From the IMG/VR virus record IMGVR_UViG_3300020043_006654, positions 1 through 24,429 of that record: a stretch of 24,429 bases of DNA; one strand, given 5' to 3'. The position numbers were made by a program, and so were the translations under genes. Positions 1 to 9,583 of this stretch are shown here, piece after piece (position 1 is the stretch's first letter; each line of letters opens with the position of its first letter). The notes under the pieces were generated by a model that saw nothing but the letters and a program-made list of their open reading frames with translations, did no database searches and was not told the origin of the DNA. Origin of the DNA: a virus. Lineage: Duplodnaviria > Caudoviricetes.

Positions 1-2
1 TT

Positions 3-242
3 TTTGCTATTGATATAGATAATGACCAAAATGGTAAAGGTGCTGAAAATGTTCCTTTTTCCCCCACCCCTTTTTTTGCTGTTGCCGATGATCTTTCTTT
101 GTCTGTTACAAGAACTCAAATTTTGAAAGTTGGTTTAAGAGAAATTAGACCACAAGTCTTTGTATCAAGCGGTACCGCTCAATGGCAATATCCCTATACG
201 ACAGTCTGGCTAGGTTTGATTAGCAAGATGGGGAAACTATGA
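3..242 (+). CDS. C-terminal fragment of a virion structural (tail-region) protein, truncated at window start
   Basis: Open frame FAIDIDNDQNG...WLGLISKMGKL*, translated by hand. Its TGA overlaps the ATG of 239 (ATGA). Function is inferred from position only. Confidence 0.6.
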   Translation, partial: FAIDIDNDQNGKGAENVPFSPTPFFAVADDLSLSVTRTQILKVGLREIRPQVFVSSGTAQWQYPYTTVWLGLISKMGKL

Positions 243-685
243 AAAAAGCTAACGTCACTGTACGTAAAGCCACTGTCTCCCATGAAGACATCAAGAGCAT
301 TCTTACTATGGGTGAGAACATGTTCCTATGGTCTGGAGTTAAAGAGCAGGGAGCGGAATACGACGCGCACAGTATAGCAACCACAGCGCAAACGCTCATT
401 AATCATCCTGACAGTGCCATTTTCATGGCGGAGGCCGATGGTAAAAAGGTTGGGATGGTTGCGGTGACCAAAATGCCGGCGTTTTACAATATGACACAGA
501 GCATTGTTAATGAGTTTATCTGGTGGATTGAACCTGATTATCGCTGTTCCAGTGTTATCAAGCAATTAATTTCATCGGTTAAGACATGGGCAAAAAACAA
601 ACGTACTCCGTGGCTGCATCTCCATTTATCAAATAATGGTCATAAGCAGTACCGGTTACGTAACATGATAAGAGAGGAGAGCTAA
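239..685 (+). CDS. GNAT-family acetyltransferase-like protein
   Basis: IFMAEADGKKVGMV and EFIWWIEPDYR...LISSVKTWAK match the GNAT motif A region. Lies just before the ejection genes, as in many podoviruses. Confidence 0.75.
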   Translation: MKKANVTVRKATVSHEDIKSILTMGENMFLWSGVKEQGAEYDAHSIATTAQTLINHPDSAIFMAEADGKKVGMVAVTKMPAFYNMTQSIVNEFIWWIEPDYRCSSVIKQLISSVKTWAKNKRTPWLHLHLSNNGHKQYRLRNMIREES

Positions 686-686
686 T

Positions 687-1763
687 ATGCCTCCAGCAGC
701 AGCGGCAGCCGCTCCAGCAGCGGCAGCAATAGGTGGCGGAGCAGCCGCAGGTGGGGTTGGTTTAGGTACTGCCACGTTAGTCACGGGATTGGCAGGTGCA
801 GCTACTACCGGTCTAGGTTTGGCTTTACAGGACACCCCTACACCAGCAGGGCTTGTTAAGCTTCCTCCTGAGTTAGAGCAGCAACAGTTAGACATCATCC
901 AGCAGTCTATTGATGACTATCAGCGTGAACGTGACCGTGCGACGGCGATCGCTTCAACTCTAGAGAATCGTGCGAATATGCAGGCTCAGGTTGCTTCTGG
1001 GCTCATTCCACAGCAACAGGCTCTGCAAGAAATCACCAGACAGAATGAGCAGATCGCTAAACAGTTTGGAACACAGATCCTTGGTCTTACTAATCAATTA
1101 GGCGCTGATAGTAGCTTTGGAATTGGACTTGAAAACGATATTCGCGCTCAGGCTCAACGTTTGGTGTCTGGTAACTATGAAGATTTCAAAGATCCTACAG
1201 TAGAAAGAGAGATTCAAGACGGCGAGCAGCAAATGAGAGAAAGGCTCGCCCGTCAATTAGGACCAGGATGGGAGAATAGCGAAGCTGGAATGAGAGCTAT
1301 GGAGGCTTTCCGTCAAGGGTCTGCAGAGCTTCGCAGCAACACACGTAATCAAGAGGTTCAACGTCTTGGCGCTCTAACAGGTGTAGCGCAAGGAACACGT
1401 CAATCACAATTAGCTCTTTTAGATTCTTTACAGAGTGGTAGAAACACAGCTCAAGGAACTTTAGCCGCAGGGATTTACGCTCAAAACCCAGCCTCTCAGA
1501 ATCTCATTCAAGCACAACAGGTTGGGCAACAAGCGTTGAATCTTGGGCAGGTGCCTTTCGGTCAAATACAGAGCTTCGGACAGCAGGAGCTTTCTGGGGA
1601 TATTCTCAATGCAATTCAAAATGGAAATGCTGGTGTGCCGAGTTTAGGTTACTCTACGAACAAACCCAACATTCCTTTCAATCCTGCCGCAGCCTCTTAT
1701 GGTGGTAAGGGAGTAGTCAATCAATTTGGCGTACCAAGTATAGCCAAGAAATTATACGGGTGA
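687..1763 (+). CDS. Internal virion / DNA ejection protein (P22 gp7-like position)
   Basis: Ala/Gly-rich hydrophobic N-terminus, Gln-rich helical body, GAGGAG RBS. First of three consecutive helical proteins. Confidence 0.6.
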   Translation: MPPAAAAAAPAAAAIGGGAAAGGVGLGTATLVTGLAGAATTGLGLALQDTPTPAGLVKLPPELEQQQLDIIQQSIDDYQRERDRATAIASTLENRANMQAQVASGLIPQQQALQEITRQNEQIAKQFGTQILGLTNQLGADSSFGIGLENDIRAQAQRLVSGNYEDFKDPTVEREIQDGEQQMRERLARQLGPGWENSEAGMRAMEAFRQGSAELRSNTRNQEVQRLGALTGVAQGTRQSQLALLDSLQSGRNTAQGTLAAGIYAQNPASQNLIQAQQVGQQALNLGQVPFGQIQSFGQQELSGDILNAIQNGNAGVPSLGYSTNKPNIPFNPAAASYGGKGVVNQFGVPSIAKKLYG

Positions 1764-1767
1764 TTAT

Positions 1768-3150
1768 ATGGCAGACGCATCACAAGCACTATTAGGAGTT
1801 GGGGCTGGCCTTACACAGTCAAGCCAAACCCTTGCTAACGCCGCACGGCTACGTCAAGAGGAGCAACTTTACGGAGTTAAACTTCAAGAGCTTCAGGCCC
1901 AACGAGAAGAAAGGCTTTATGGACAGGCTCTACAGAGAGTGCAGATGGGTATAAATTTACCCGAAGCTAACAAGAATGATTATTTTCTCAAAGGCCCTGG
2001 AAGAAAATACATTAACACGGTTTTAGGTGGAGAAGCTACTGACGATGTAATCAAGGTTTTCACTTCGAATAAGACAAGAGATAAGACGGAACAGGTTTTA
2101 ACCTATCTTCCTGAGTTGATCAAAGATCCTGCTAAATTTAACGAGGTAACGAAGAAAATTAAAGGTGCTATTAGCGATCCTGCTTTAGCATTCGATGCGA
2201 TTAATACGTTATCTGATATGGTCGCTAAGAGTCAGCAGAGCCAAAAGACCACAGCTGAAATCAGAAAACTAGAAACAGAAGCTCAGTCTCCTTTTGGAGA
2301 TCCTAAGTTTGCTTACAAACAAGGATTTGATCAGGCTAAAGCGCAAAAGGATCAAGCCGATACAGCACTAGGAGAGTACAGAAAACAGATCGGTCAATTG
2401 CAACAGGCAAACAGGATGGATCCAAGAATCAATGATCCAGCGTTTCAATCATCCATGAAAAAACAGGCTTTAGATGCGGCTGGCATCAGTGAAGCTCAAT
2501 TAGGTGAGTATGACCGAATTTCTAAAACCCCCTATCCTGAGTTGATTTCACAGTTTACAAAACAAGGGTCTATTCAAGGCGCTCCTGCGACTCAAGAGGC
2601 CACAATCAATCAACCCACTGGAGCTGGTGGGGATTTTGGTGTCCTACCAACAGAAGCCCCTAAACCAATATCTTCAGAGATAGCCAATAAGGTTGCTTAT
2701 TTACAAACAAATAGCATCCCAGCTGTTGAGGATTTAAAAAACCTTGTTGATTCTGGTGATATCAACAAACTTAAAGTTCAGTTTAAGGCTGGAACAAACC
2801 CGTCGATTAATCGAGCGGTGAACGCTATTAAATTAGGGATAGGCTTCACATTGTCTGGAGCTAATCTTGGGAAAAACGAAGAGAAAACGATTTTAAATCA
2901 ATCGGAGTTGGGGATTTTTGATAGCCCAGAAAGCTACACAAAAGCACTGGCTAATCTACAAACCTTCATGACGAATTATGTTCAATCAACTGCAGATAAG
3001 AATCTAACCCCTGATCAAAAGGCCGACATTGTAAGAGCACAGGCTAGAGCGGTTGGGTGGTTGTCAGAAGGTCAAAAGAAAGGCTCTGTCATAACTCCAG
3101 AAAACAAACTATCTCCAGCAGTACAAAGCGCTGTTGATGCGGTGAAGTAA
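1768..3150 (+). CDS. Internal virion / DNA ejection protein
   Basis: 460 aa, Cys-free, A/Q/K-rich helical composition, in synteny with its neighbours. Confidence 0.55.
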   Translation: MADASQALLGVGAGLTQSSQTLANAARLRQEEQLYGVKLQELQAQREERLYGQALQRVQMGINLPEANKNDYFLKGPGRKYINTVLGGEATDDVIKVFTSNKTRDKTEQVLTYLPELIKDPAKFNEVTKKIKGAISDPALAFDAINTLSDMVAKSQQSQKTTAEIRKLETEAQSPFGDPKFAYKQGFDQAKAQKDQADTALGEYRKQIGQLQQANRMDPRINDPAFQSSMKKQALDAAGISEAQLGEYDRISKTPYPELISQFTKQGSIQGAPATQEATINQPTGAGGDFGVLPTEAPKPISSEIANKVAYLQTNSIPAVEDLKNLVDSGDINKLKVQFKAGTNPSINRAVNAIKLGIGFTLSGANLGKNEEKTILNQSELGIFDSPESYTKALANLQTFMTNYVQSTADKNLTPDQKADIVRAQARAVGWLSEGQKKGSVITPENKLSPAVQSAVDAVK

Positions 3151-5240
3151 TGGCGAAAGAGTTTGAAACTAAGGTTTTAACAGCTCTTGAGGAACGCGGG
3201 AATGATATGGCGGCCATTACCAAGAGCTTGCAAGGTATGAGTGTTCAAGAACAGTCACAGTTCTTTAATGCTGCAGCGCAGAAAATTGGTCTGCAATCTG
3301 ATCGTGCTACAATGACGGTTACACCTGATAAAGTTTCGGAAATGTCTCCCTATGAAAAAAACCAAATTGCTCAGAATCCACAGGGAGAACTACAGAGAGG
3401 GCAGTCACAAATCATTAAAGAAGATCTTGGGGCGCCAGCGGCATTAGTTAGAGGTTATGGGAACACGGCTCTATTGGGACATGCGGAAAATGCTGGGGCG
3501 GCAGTTCAGGCGGCCACAGGAGATAAGAATTTTGAATTTTATCAACGAGAGCAGCAGGAAAGAACGCAGGCTTTACAGACCGAACATCCAATTGCCTACA
3601 CGGTTGGTGAGGTTTTGGGATTTCTCACACCACAATCATTAGGTGCTAAGTTAACATCAGGTGTTGGGAAAGGCGTATCAGCTCTATTTGGGAATATCAG
3701 CAATCCTACTCTTTTACGCTATCTCGGAAGAGCCTTTGTTACTGGTGCTGCAGAGATGGGAGCTTTTGAAGGGGCGCAGACCGCAGCTAAGACAGGTGAT
3801 TTTAATGAGGCTATTAAGGCTGGGGCTAAAGGTGCGGCTGCTGGTGGGCTTACTGGCGCTGCCATAGCCGGCGGTGGATTGGGCATTAACAAGCTCTTGA
3901 GTGGGGATAGCATTCAATCCATTATGGCAAAGGGGATTGAAAAGCAGGGGCTGATTAACGCTGCAGAGAAGCGTGGAGAGCAAGTTGATGATCTGAGTAA
4001 AAAAATACTCAGTGAAGACGATCCTCAGATTTTAGCCGCTATTAAGAAGCAACCGGAGCGCATCAAGGAACTAGTCGATAATGGAACCATGAGTTCTTAT
4101 GACATCGGTTCAAAACTGCAGAAAGAATTTTCCAATCTTAAAGATCACTTAGTTAAAAAGGTTGGCAATTTAAAAGAAGAAGTCAGAAAAGACACAACTC
4201 CTTCGATTGATACCAAGCAATTCAAGGATATGTTTCAGACTCTAGAGAATAAGTTAACCACAAGCGCTGTTCCAGAGGGCTCTTCTAAGGGGATTAGTGT
4301 CCTATCATCGGCTGATAAAAAACAGGTTAACGAAATCAAGAATTTGATGTTTTCTAATAAGATCAGCCCAAGCGATGCCATTTTAATTACGGATAAAATC
4401 GATAGCCTTGTCACCTATGGTGAGCGCTCAAGTAGTAACATCAGCGCTCTTGCACAGAACATGTTGAAAGATATCCGTCGTCAAATCAAAAACAGAGTGC
4501 ATTTAGACCATCCAGAATACTCTAAAGCCGATGACAACTTGCAGCAATTCTTCGCTAATTCAGAACTTGTTAAATCTCAGATTACCAATAACCCAGAACA
4601 GTTTGTGAATCGCCTTTTTGGTCAGGGTAAAACTCAGGTTCGCAAAGACTTGATGCAGCTTGTCGTTCTAGCAAATCGCATTGACCCAAAGAGTGGGGCA
4701 AAAAATGTGCAATTTGCTAGAGACATTTTCAATATGAAGGTGGCTGGACAAATAAAAGAGGGGTTGATAAAAAAAGCCGATCCCACAGCCGACAGAATCA
4801 ATCGTATCAGACAGCGCTACACGGCTGGCGGTGCAACTATAGGTGCCGGCATTGGGGCTAAATTTGGCGGACCTTATGGAGCAGCCGCAGGAGCCGCTGG
4901 CGGTGGCGTAGTCGGTGATCGTATTGGACAGGTGATTGGAAACCCAATGAGGATTTTAAATGCAGCTATCCGCTCTAAACAATTAACCCAGCAGGCTAAA
5001 AAAGTGGCCGTTGATCTTCGCGCTATTACCGCTATGGGAGGTCCAGAAGCCTTTGCGAAGTTCATTGATCAAGTTCCAGTTGGAACTAAAGCTGCTGAGT
5101 CTCTTGCTAATTTTATTATCGACAACAGCTCTTTAAATCATAGTGATATTTTAGGGGATGATGGCGCCGATGTTATGAAGTTAAAAGGGAATGTTGGAGA
5201 TTTGGTTGATAAATCGATGGAGCAGATCAGCGGACAGTGA
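3150..5240 (+). CDS. Large internal virion / DNA ejection protein
   Basis: 696 aa, Cys-free, with Gly/Ala-rich membrane-seeking segments (GAAAGGLTGAAIAGGGLG; GGATIGAGIGAKFGGPYGAAAG). TAATG overlap with the previous gene. Confidence 0.6.
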   Translation: MAKEFETKVLTALEERGNDMAAITKSLQGMSVQEQSQFFNAAAQKIGLQSDRATMTVTPDKVSEMSPYEKNQIAQNPQGELQRGQSQIIKEDLGAPAALVRGYGNTALLGHAENAGAAVQAATGDKNFEFYQREQQERTQALQTEHPIAYTVGEVLGFLTPQSLGAKLTSGVGKGVSALFGNISNPTLLRYLGRAFVTGAAEMGAFEGAQTAAKTGDFNEAIKAGAKGAAAGGLTGAAIAGGGLGINKLLSGDSIQSIMAKGIEKQGLINAAEKRGEQVDDLSKKILSEDDPQILAAIKKQPERIKELVDNGTMSSYDIGSKLQKEFSNLKDHLVKKVGNLKEEVRKDTTPSIDTKQFKDMFQTLENKLTTSAVPEGSSKGISVLSSADKKQVNEIKNLMFSNKISPSDAILITDKIDSLVTYGERSSSNISALAQNMLKDIRRQIKNRVHLDHPEYSKADDNLQQFFANSELVKSQITNNPEQFVNRLFGQGKTQVRKDLMQLVVLANRIDPKSGAKNVQFARDIFNMKVAGQIKEGLIKKADPTADRINRIRQRYTAGGATIGAGIGAKFGGPYGAAAGAAGGGVVGDRIGQVIGNPMRILNAAIRSKQLTQQAKKVAVDLRAITAMGGPEAFAKFIDQVPVGTKAAESLANFIIDNSSLNHSDILGDDGADVMKLKGNVGDLVDKSMEQISGQ

Positions 5241-5293
5241 AAAATATAAGAAAGAGGATATCTAATGCATAGTAATGGGGGATATCTAGCTGC

Positions 5294-5584
5294 ATGTCTA
5301 AGAAAAGATCATTATGGACGTTGGAGGAATGGAATTTCGCAGCGGATAGAGGCCGTGTTGTGGAACCGGCGTATACAATGGGACTTATTCCACACTCTGG
5401 CGTCGGGTGTCCTGCATCTAATAAGCTTATTGGAGGCGGTGTTTGTGGGGCTCATCTCACGGATAGGTTCGGGACAAAACTTATCAGAGGTAAGCTACAC
5501 AGGCGCGTTAAGTGCTACGTATGCGGTTGGAAAGGACATAGAAGAATTGGAAAAGAACCCCACACAAATGGGCGCATAAGGTAA
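5294..5584 (+). CDS. Small basic Zn-ribbon-like hypothetical protein
   Basis: CP...CG...CYVCGWKG Cys pattern, with GGGGGA upstream. Competes with the overlapping ORF 5265-5579. Confidence 0.55.
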   Translation: MSKKRSLWTLEEWNFAADRGRVVEPAYTMGLIPHSGVGCPASNKLIGGGVCGAHLTDRFGTKLIRGKLHRRVKCYVCGWKGHRRIGKEPHTNGRIR

Positions 5585-5599
5585 TTCAATGGAGATCTT

Positions 5600-5923
5600 T
5601 TGGACGAAGAGTCAAAAACAAATCTTGATGAAACTCCACGGGTACAGCCGCGTAAGAGCGAGCGTCCTCTTTGGGCTGCCATTCCTATTCTACTCACTAT
5701 TGCTAGTGGTATCTGGTCTCTTAGGGGTGACTTTAATAGAGTCGGCGATGAGGCAACTTCAAAGGCAGTCGCATTATGCACAGATAGAATCGATCAAGCA
5801 ACAAAAGAACTTGAAACCGCAATCAACAGAGAACGTGAACGAGCTCAAGAAAGAGAGCGAGAATTACAATCCGACATCAGGGAGCTTAGAACACAAACCC
5901 TATCCCTCAGAGGAAGGCGATGA
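5600..5923 (+). CDS. Single-TM coiled-coil membrane protein (holin/lysis accessory-like)
   Basis: GGAGA RBS plus TTG start, TM segment LWAAIPILLTIASGIWSL, charged coiled coil, ATGA coupling to 5920. Confidence 0.6.
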   Translation: MDEESKTNLDETPRVQPRKSERPLWAAIPILLTIASGIWSLRGDFNRVGDEATSKAVALCTDRIDQATKELETAINRERERAQERERELQSDIRELRTQTLSLRGRR

Positions 5924-6261
5924 GTAGATTTATACTCTTACTTTTATTTGTCTCATTTCCTGCGGCAGCACAAACACCATTAAAGAATGTTGTTTTGAAA
6001 GAAGGCCCTCAGTCTGGCTGGACGTGTTACGACCCGAAGAGCTTAGAAGCTATTGACGCTTCGCAAAAGAGGGGGCTTGATTGTGAAGTGAAGTTGAAAG
6101 CCGCACAACAACAACTTGATATCTTAAAAAATCAAATTCAACAAAGCGCGTTAACGTTTAATGAACCTATTCCTGAGTGGTATGATGCGACGTGGTTTAA
6201 AATCACTATAGGTGCAGCCTTGGGATTGAGCGTGGGGCTTATAGCAGGATCAAGCTTTTAG
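5920..6261 (+). CDS. Exported protein with signal peptide, coiled coil and C-terminal TM anchor
   Basis: N-terminal MSRFILLLLFVSFPAAA signal peptide and C-terminal hydrophobic ITIGAALGLSVGLIAG. Confidence 0.7.
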   Translation: MSRFILLLLFVSFPAAAQTPLKNVVLKEGPQSGWTCYDPKSLEAIDASQKRGLDCEVKLKAAQQQLDILKNQIQQSALTFNEPIPEWYDATWFKITIGAALGLSVGLIAGSSF

Positions 6262-6273
6262 GGAGGTTATCCG

Positions 6274-7857
6274 ATGGCATATTGTGAAAATCCAGCAACC
6301 GTTGACCAGGAAATGATGGAATATAATATTCTGAAATGGGGTGGAAACAATACCTACACGATCAAAGACGGTGAGGACAGCACCACGGTTCAGGCTGCGG
6401 TTACTGCTATGATCGCTTCTGGCAAACCAGGTATTATCCAATTACAACAAGGTGATTTTGATTTTCACAGCGAAGTGCTGATGGACGCCAGGATGAGTGG
6501 CGTTTGGATTCGAGGCATGGGCGACGATACAGTCGTTCACCACTGCGGTGATTTTGATGGCTACTGTTTTAAATACTACCCGCCGACATTTTTAGGTGGC
6601 AACGTGCCGATGGACGACGTGGACTATGACGACATGTCGATTACGTTTACCACTCATTCGGAGGCGTATCGTCTCAAGAAAGGCGATTACTTTTCTATCA
6701 TCGGAATTGATGACACCGGATTGCAAGACATGTTGGTTTTGATTGCGGCTGAAGATGGCGACATAAGCACAGGCATTGTTCCTATCGAGTGGCCGATTGA
6801 AAAGTCTCTAACCTCTGTAACAAGCGGCGTGACCACCATGGCAAGAAACAGCCGCGCGAATGGCTACGGCAATATGCGTATTGTTCTGGATACCACGACA
6901 CCGACGGGTCCGGTGACAGGCGCGCTATTCATGACCTCTCAAAACCGCTCGTTTATCCATGATGTTTCAATCGACGGCTTCAAATACGATAACGGCACGT
7001 TGACTGTGGCAACGGTGACGTTGTGGGATTGTTTTTATCATACTACAGAGCGCGTCCACATCAATGGTGCTGGTGGCACGGGGCTTTACTACTCAACTAA
7101 TTTACGCTCCCTAATTAGTAACTGTCAGGTTGTTGGGGCTGCGTATCAAAACAACGGCTCTGGGATTGTCATGGGGACCAGCTTTGATAACAAGGTGGAG
7201 CGCACGCAGATCTATAATTGTAAAGGTGATGGGATATCGTTCAAGACATCAGGGAGACGCGATAAATTCTTTAACAACACCATTAGTGGCATAAAGGGCA
7301 ATGGTATTGATACTCTGCTAGCGCGGCAGGCTAATATTAATTCTTGCACGTTCACCAACATCAATAAAGGCTCAGGCTCACAATATGCGATCTATGTCCG
7401 TTCAGCTAGCCAACTAACCAACATATCTAAGAACGACTTCGAGAACTGCATCTATGGCGTTTATAACGAGGGGGCGGATAATGTTGAGATCAGCGTTAAC
7501 ACGTTCTCGAATATGAAGAATACCCCAATCACATCAGCGGCATTTGCTGAGTGTGCTACGATATCTGGCAACACCATTAAGAACAGCAATGGTATTAATA
7601 AAGGAATTCATCTCTCGCAAACCAACAACAGCACGATTACTAACAACACAATTGATAGCGACAGCGCCTATGGCATTTTGGTTGAAGATTCTGACAAGAA
7701 CAACATCAGCATGAATACCATCAAAGGCACAACCACAGCCGCGCTCCACTTCACATCCAATGCAGGGGATAATTTGGCGATTGGTAACATAGCCTTTGGT
7801 CAGAATATCACTAATCTAGGCACCAATAACGATCTAGCAAACAATAAGGTGGCTTGA
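6274..7857 (+). CDS. Tailspike / receptor-binding protein with right-handed parallel beta-helix (pectin-lyase-like)
   Basis: GGGAGG RBS; D.TTVQAAV...IIQL..GDF...IRGMG N-cap; many Asn-ladder repeats (ISGNTI, ITNNTI, ISMNTI, YGI). Confidence 0.8.
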   Translation: MAYCENPATVDQEMMEYNILKWGGNNTYTIKDGEDSTTVQAAVTAMIASGKPGIIQLQQGDFDFHSEVLMDARMSGVWIRGMGDDTVVHHCGDFDGYCFKYYPPTFLGGNVPMDDVDYDDMSITFTTHSEAYRLKKGDYFSIIGIDDTGLQDMLVLIAAEDGDISTGIVPIEWPIEKSLTSVTSGVTTMARNSRANGYGNMRIVLDTTTPTGPVTGALFMTSQNRSFIHDVSIDGFKYDNGTLTVATVTLWDCFYHTTERVHINGAGGTGLYYSTNLRSLISNCQVVGAAYQNNGSGIVMGTSFDNKVERTQIYNCKGDGISFKTSGRRDKFFNNTISGIKGNGIDTLLARQANINSCTFTNINKGSGSQYAIYVRSASQLTNISKNDFENCIYGVYNEGADNVEISVNTFSNMKNTPITSAAFAECATISGNTIKNSNGINKGIHLSQTNNSTITNNTIDSDSAYGILVEDSDKNNISMNTIKGTTTAALHFTSNAGDNLAIGNIAFGQNITNLGTNNDLANNKVA

Positions 7858-8402
7858 GCATGAACGAATTTTGGGAGCCAAACGCATCACGTCTAAAGCA
7901 GATCATCAAAGATACTGCCTTTGCTTTGGAGCCTCACGTTGTTAACATTGGCAACCCTATTTATATCCTTGCCACGATCGCTACGGTAGAATCGAGTTTT
8001 GGGGAGAGAAGTATTTTAAGGCATGAGCCAGCGTATATGCCGGATGGGTATTATTATAAGAACAGTACGCAAGTTCAGGAACGATGGAAACGCTGGCAGA
8101 TTTTGTCAGCCTGTTCATTCTCAAGTTTCCAGATTCTCTACACAACGGCGTGTGAATTAGGGTTTGATCATCAGCCGTGGGATCGTAATCCTATTGAGTT
8201 GTGGGACGACCGCATAGCCGCACAATTTGTGGTAAAGTATCTCGTAAAGCGAGTCATATCAAAAATGCCAGATAACTCATTAGAACGTCTTTTTGATGGT
8301 TATAACAGCGGCAATCCAAGGGATGGAATCATTCCACATGAGTATATTCAAAAGTCTCTAAAGGCTTATGAAAGCCTGTCCACAAACAAAGTCATTATCT
8401 AA
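7854..8402 (+). CDS. Endolysin, lysozyme-like / lytic transglycosylase (SLT) fold
   Basis: IATVESS (catalytic Glu), SFQI and GYNSG correspond to SLT motifs I-III. Directly upstream of the holin and spanins. Start may be the ATG at 7860. Confidence 0.75.
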   Translation: MSMNEFWEPNASRLKQIIKDTAFALEPHVVNIGNPIYILATIATVESSFGERSILRHEPAYMPDGYYYKNSTQVQERWKRWQILSACSFSSFQILYTTACELGFDHQPWDRNPIELWDDRIAAQFVVKYLVKRVISKMPDNSLERLFDGYNSGNPRDGIIPHEYIQKSLKAYESLSTNKVII

Positions 8403-8414
8403 AAGGAGTCTCAG

Positions 8415-8606
8415 ATGGAAGAATTAGTTAAACCAGGGTGGAAAACTTCAGAATTTTGGTTAGTCGTTGCAACAAACGTCATCGGCATGATTATCCAATT
8501 TAACGTTATTCCTGCTGAAAATCCAGTATTTAAAATAGTTGCTTTTGTAGCGCAGGTTTTAGCAACGATGGGATATACCTATAGCCGTACTCAAGTTAAA
8601 AAATGA
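8415..8606 (+). CDS. Holin (two TM segments)
   Basis: AAGGAG RBS, PGWKTSEFW N-terminal motif seen in small phage holins, two hydrophobic helices and a basic C-terminus. Confidence 0.75.
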   Translation: MEELVKPGWKTSEFWLVVATNVIGMIIQFNVIPAENPVFKIVAFVAQVLATMGYTYSRTQVKK

Positions 8607-8899
8607 TTTCAGTCGTTGTTATTTTACTCCTCCTTTATAGCGGGGTTGTCACATGGGCTTTAGTTTACTATAAAGGGAAGGCTGACAAGTCCGATGAATA
8701 TCATGCATCGTTGGCAGAATCTGAACATGCGCGCATGATTGAGAGAGAAACCTATTATAAGAATAATAAGGCGTATCAACATGAAGTGGATATACTTAAA
8801 AACCTCGTTCACAATATGCACAATGATCTTAGTGCTTGTCGTGATAAGTTGCGGAAAAGTAATCAAAGTAAGCCAACCGACGATTCCAAGCCCTCTTGA
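8603..8899 (+). CDS. Inner-membrane spanin (Rz-like)
   Basis: N-terminal TM helix, then a helical periplasmic region. Follows the holin with an ATGA overlap. Confidence 0.65.
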   Translation: MISVVVILLLLYSGVVTWALVYYKGKADKSDEYHASLAESEHARMIERETYYKNNKAYQHEVDILKNLVHNMHNDLSACRDKLRKSNQSKPTDDSKPS

Positions 8900-9044
8900 G
8901 CCAGTGGAGAGGTTTAATATTTTTTTTCCTTACTCAATAGAGGATGATCAATATGTTTGCACTCCTAGAGCTTTCTTTGAAGTCTTTAAAGCAGAAGACG
9001 ACAGATTCCACGAGCAGTGTAAAAACTGTCCTAATTGGCAGTGA
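8781..9044 (+). CDS. Outer-membrane spanin lipoprotein (Rz1-like), overlapping the i-spanin in the +1 frame
   Basis: From ATG 8781: MKWIYLK...ILVLVVIS-C (lipobox-like) followed by a Pro-rich linker QPTIPSPLEP. Classic overlapped spanin layout. Confidence 0.65.
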   Translation: MKWIYLKTSFTICTMILVLVVISCGKVIKVSQPTIPSPLEPVERFNIFFPYSIEDDQYVCTPRAFFEVFKAEDDRFHEQCKNCPNWQ

Positions 9045-9270
9045 TCTTTAATTTGTATTTTGTGGCGAACGTTTTCTTGCCAATTGCATGAATTTCAGTG
9101 TGATGAATACGGCATAATGGGATAAGATTGTCTTTGGTATCACTTCCCCATGCGCCTTTAGAGCGGATATGATGTGGGTCAGATGGTGATTGCCCACAAA
9201 CGGCGCATGGGGAGTCTTGCATTTCCTTAAGGAGTTTCTTGTTTTTTATTCGAGGTTGTTTCAGAAACAT
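9031..9270 (-). CDS. HNH-like nuclease (DUF968/Ref-like)
   Basis: CAVCG..SDPHHI....NLIPLCRIHHTEIH motif. Confidence 0.75.
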   Translation of the reverse strand: MFLKQPRIKNKKLLKEMQDSPCAVCGQSPSDPHHIRSKGAWGSDTKDNLIPLCRIHHTEIHAIGKKTFATKYKLKITAN

Positions 9271-9583
9271 TCTCTAGCCTTACGATGTCTCGTTGAATGA
9301 ACCAGGCGGCTTTTTTGAGATCTTCAATCTCTTTTGAGGGATCTTTTCTGCCGGCTCTTGCGATGTATTTTACGGCGTTACCGCGATGATAGTTAAGTCC
9401 CCAATCTTCGATAGCCTCAATGACTTCTATATTGCCCATTGTGTAGTGGGCTGGGGAATTAACATCATCTTCGATTTTTAATTTATGATATGATTGATTT
9501 TGAGCTTGTATCCTTTCCGCATAGGCTTGATCTATCGTGGGGTTTCTCTTGTAAAACTGTTCTTCAACAAATTTCATTGACAT
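9227..9583 (-). CDS. DUF3310-family phage protein
   Basis: DDVNSPAHY..GNIEVIEAI...GNAVKYIARAGRK...EDLKKAAWF. Start moved to 9583, after GAGGAGG. Confidence 0.85.
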   Translation of the reverse strand: MSMKFVEEQFYKRNPTIDQAYAERIQAQNQSYHKLKIEDDVNSPAHYTMGNIEVIEAIEDWGLNYHRGNAVKYIARAGRKDPSKEIEDLKKAAWFIQRDIVRLENVSETTSNKKQETP

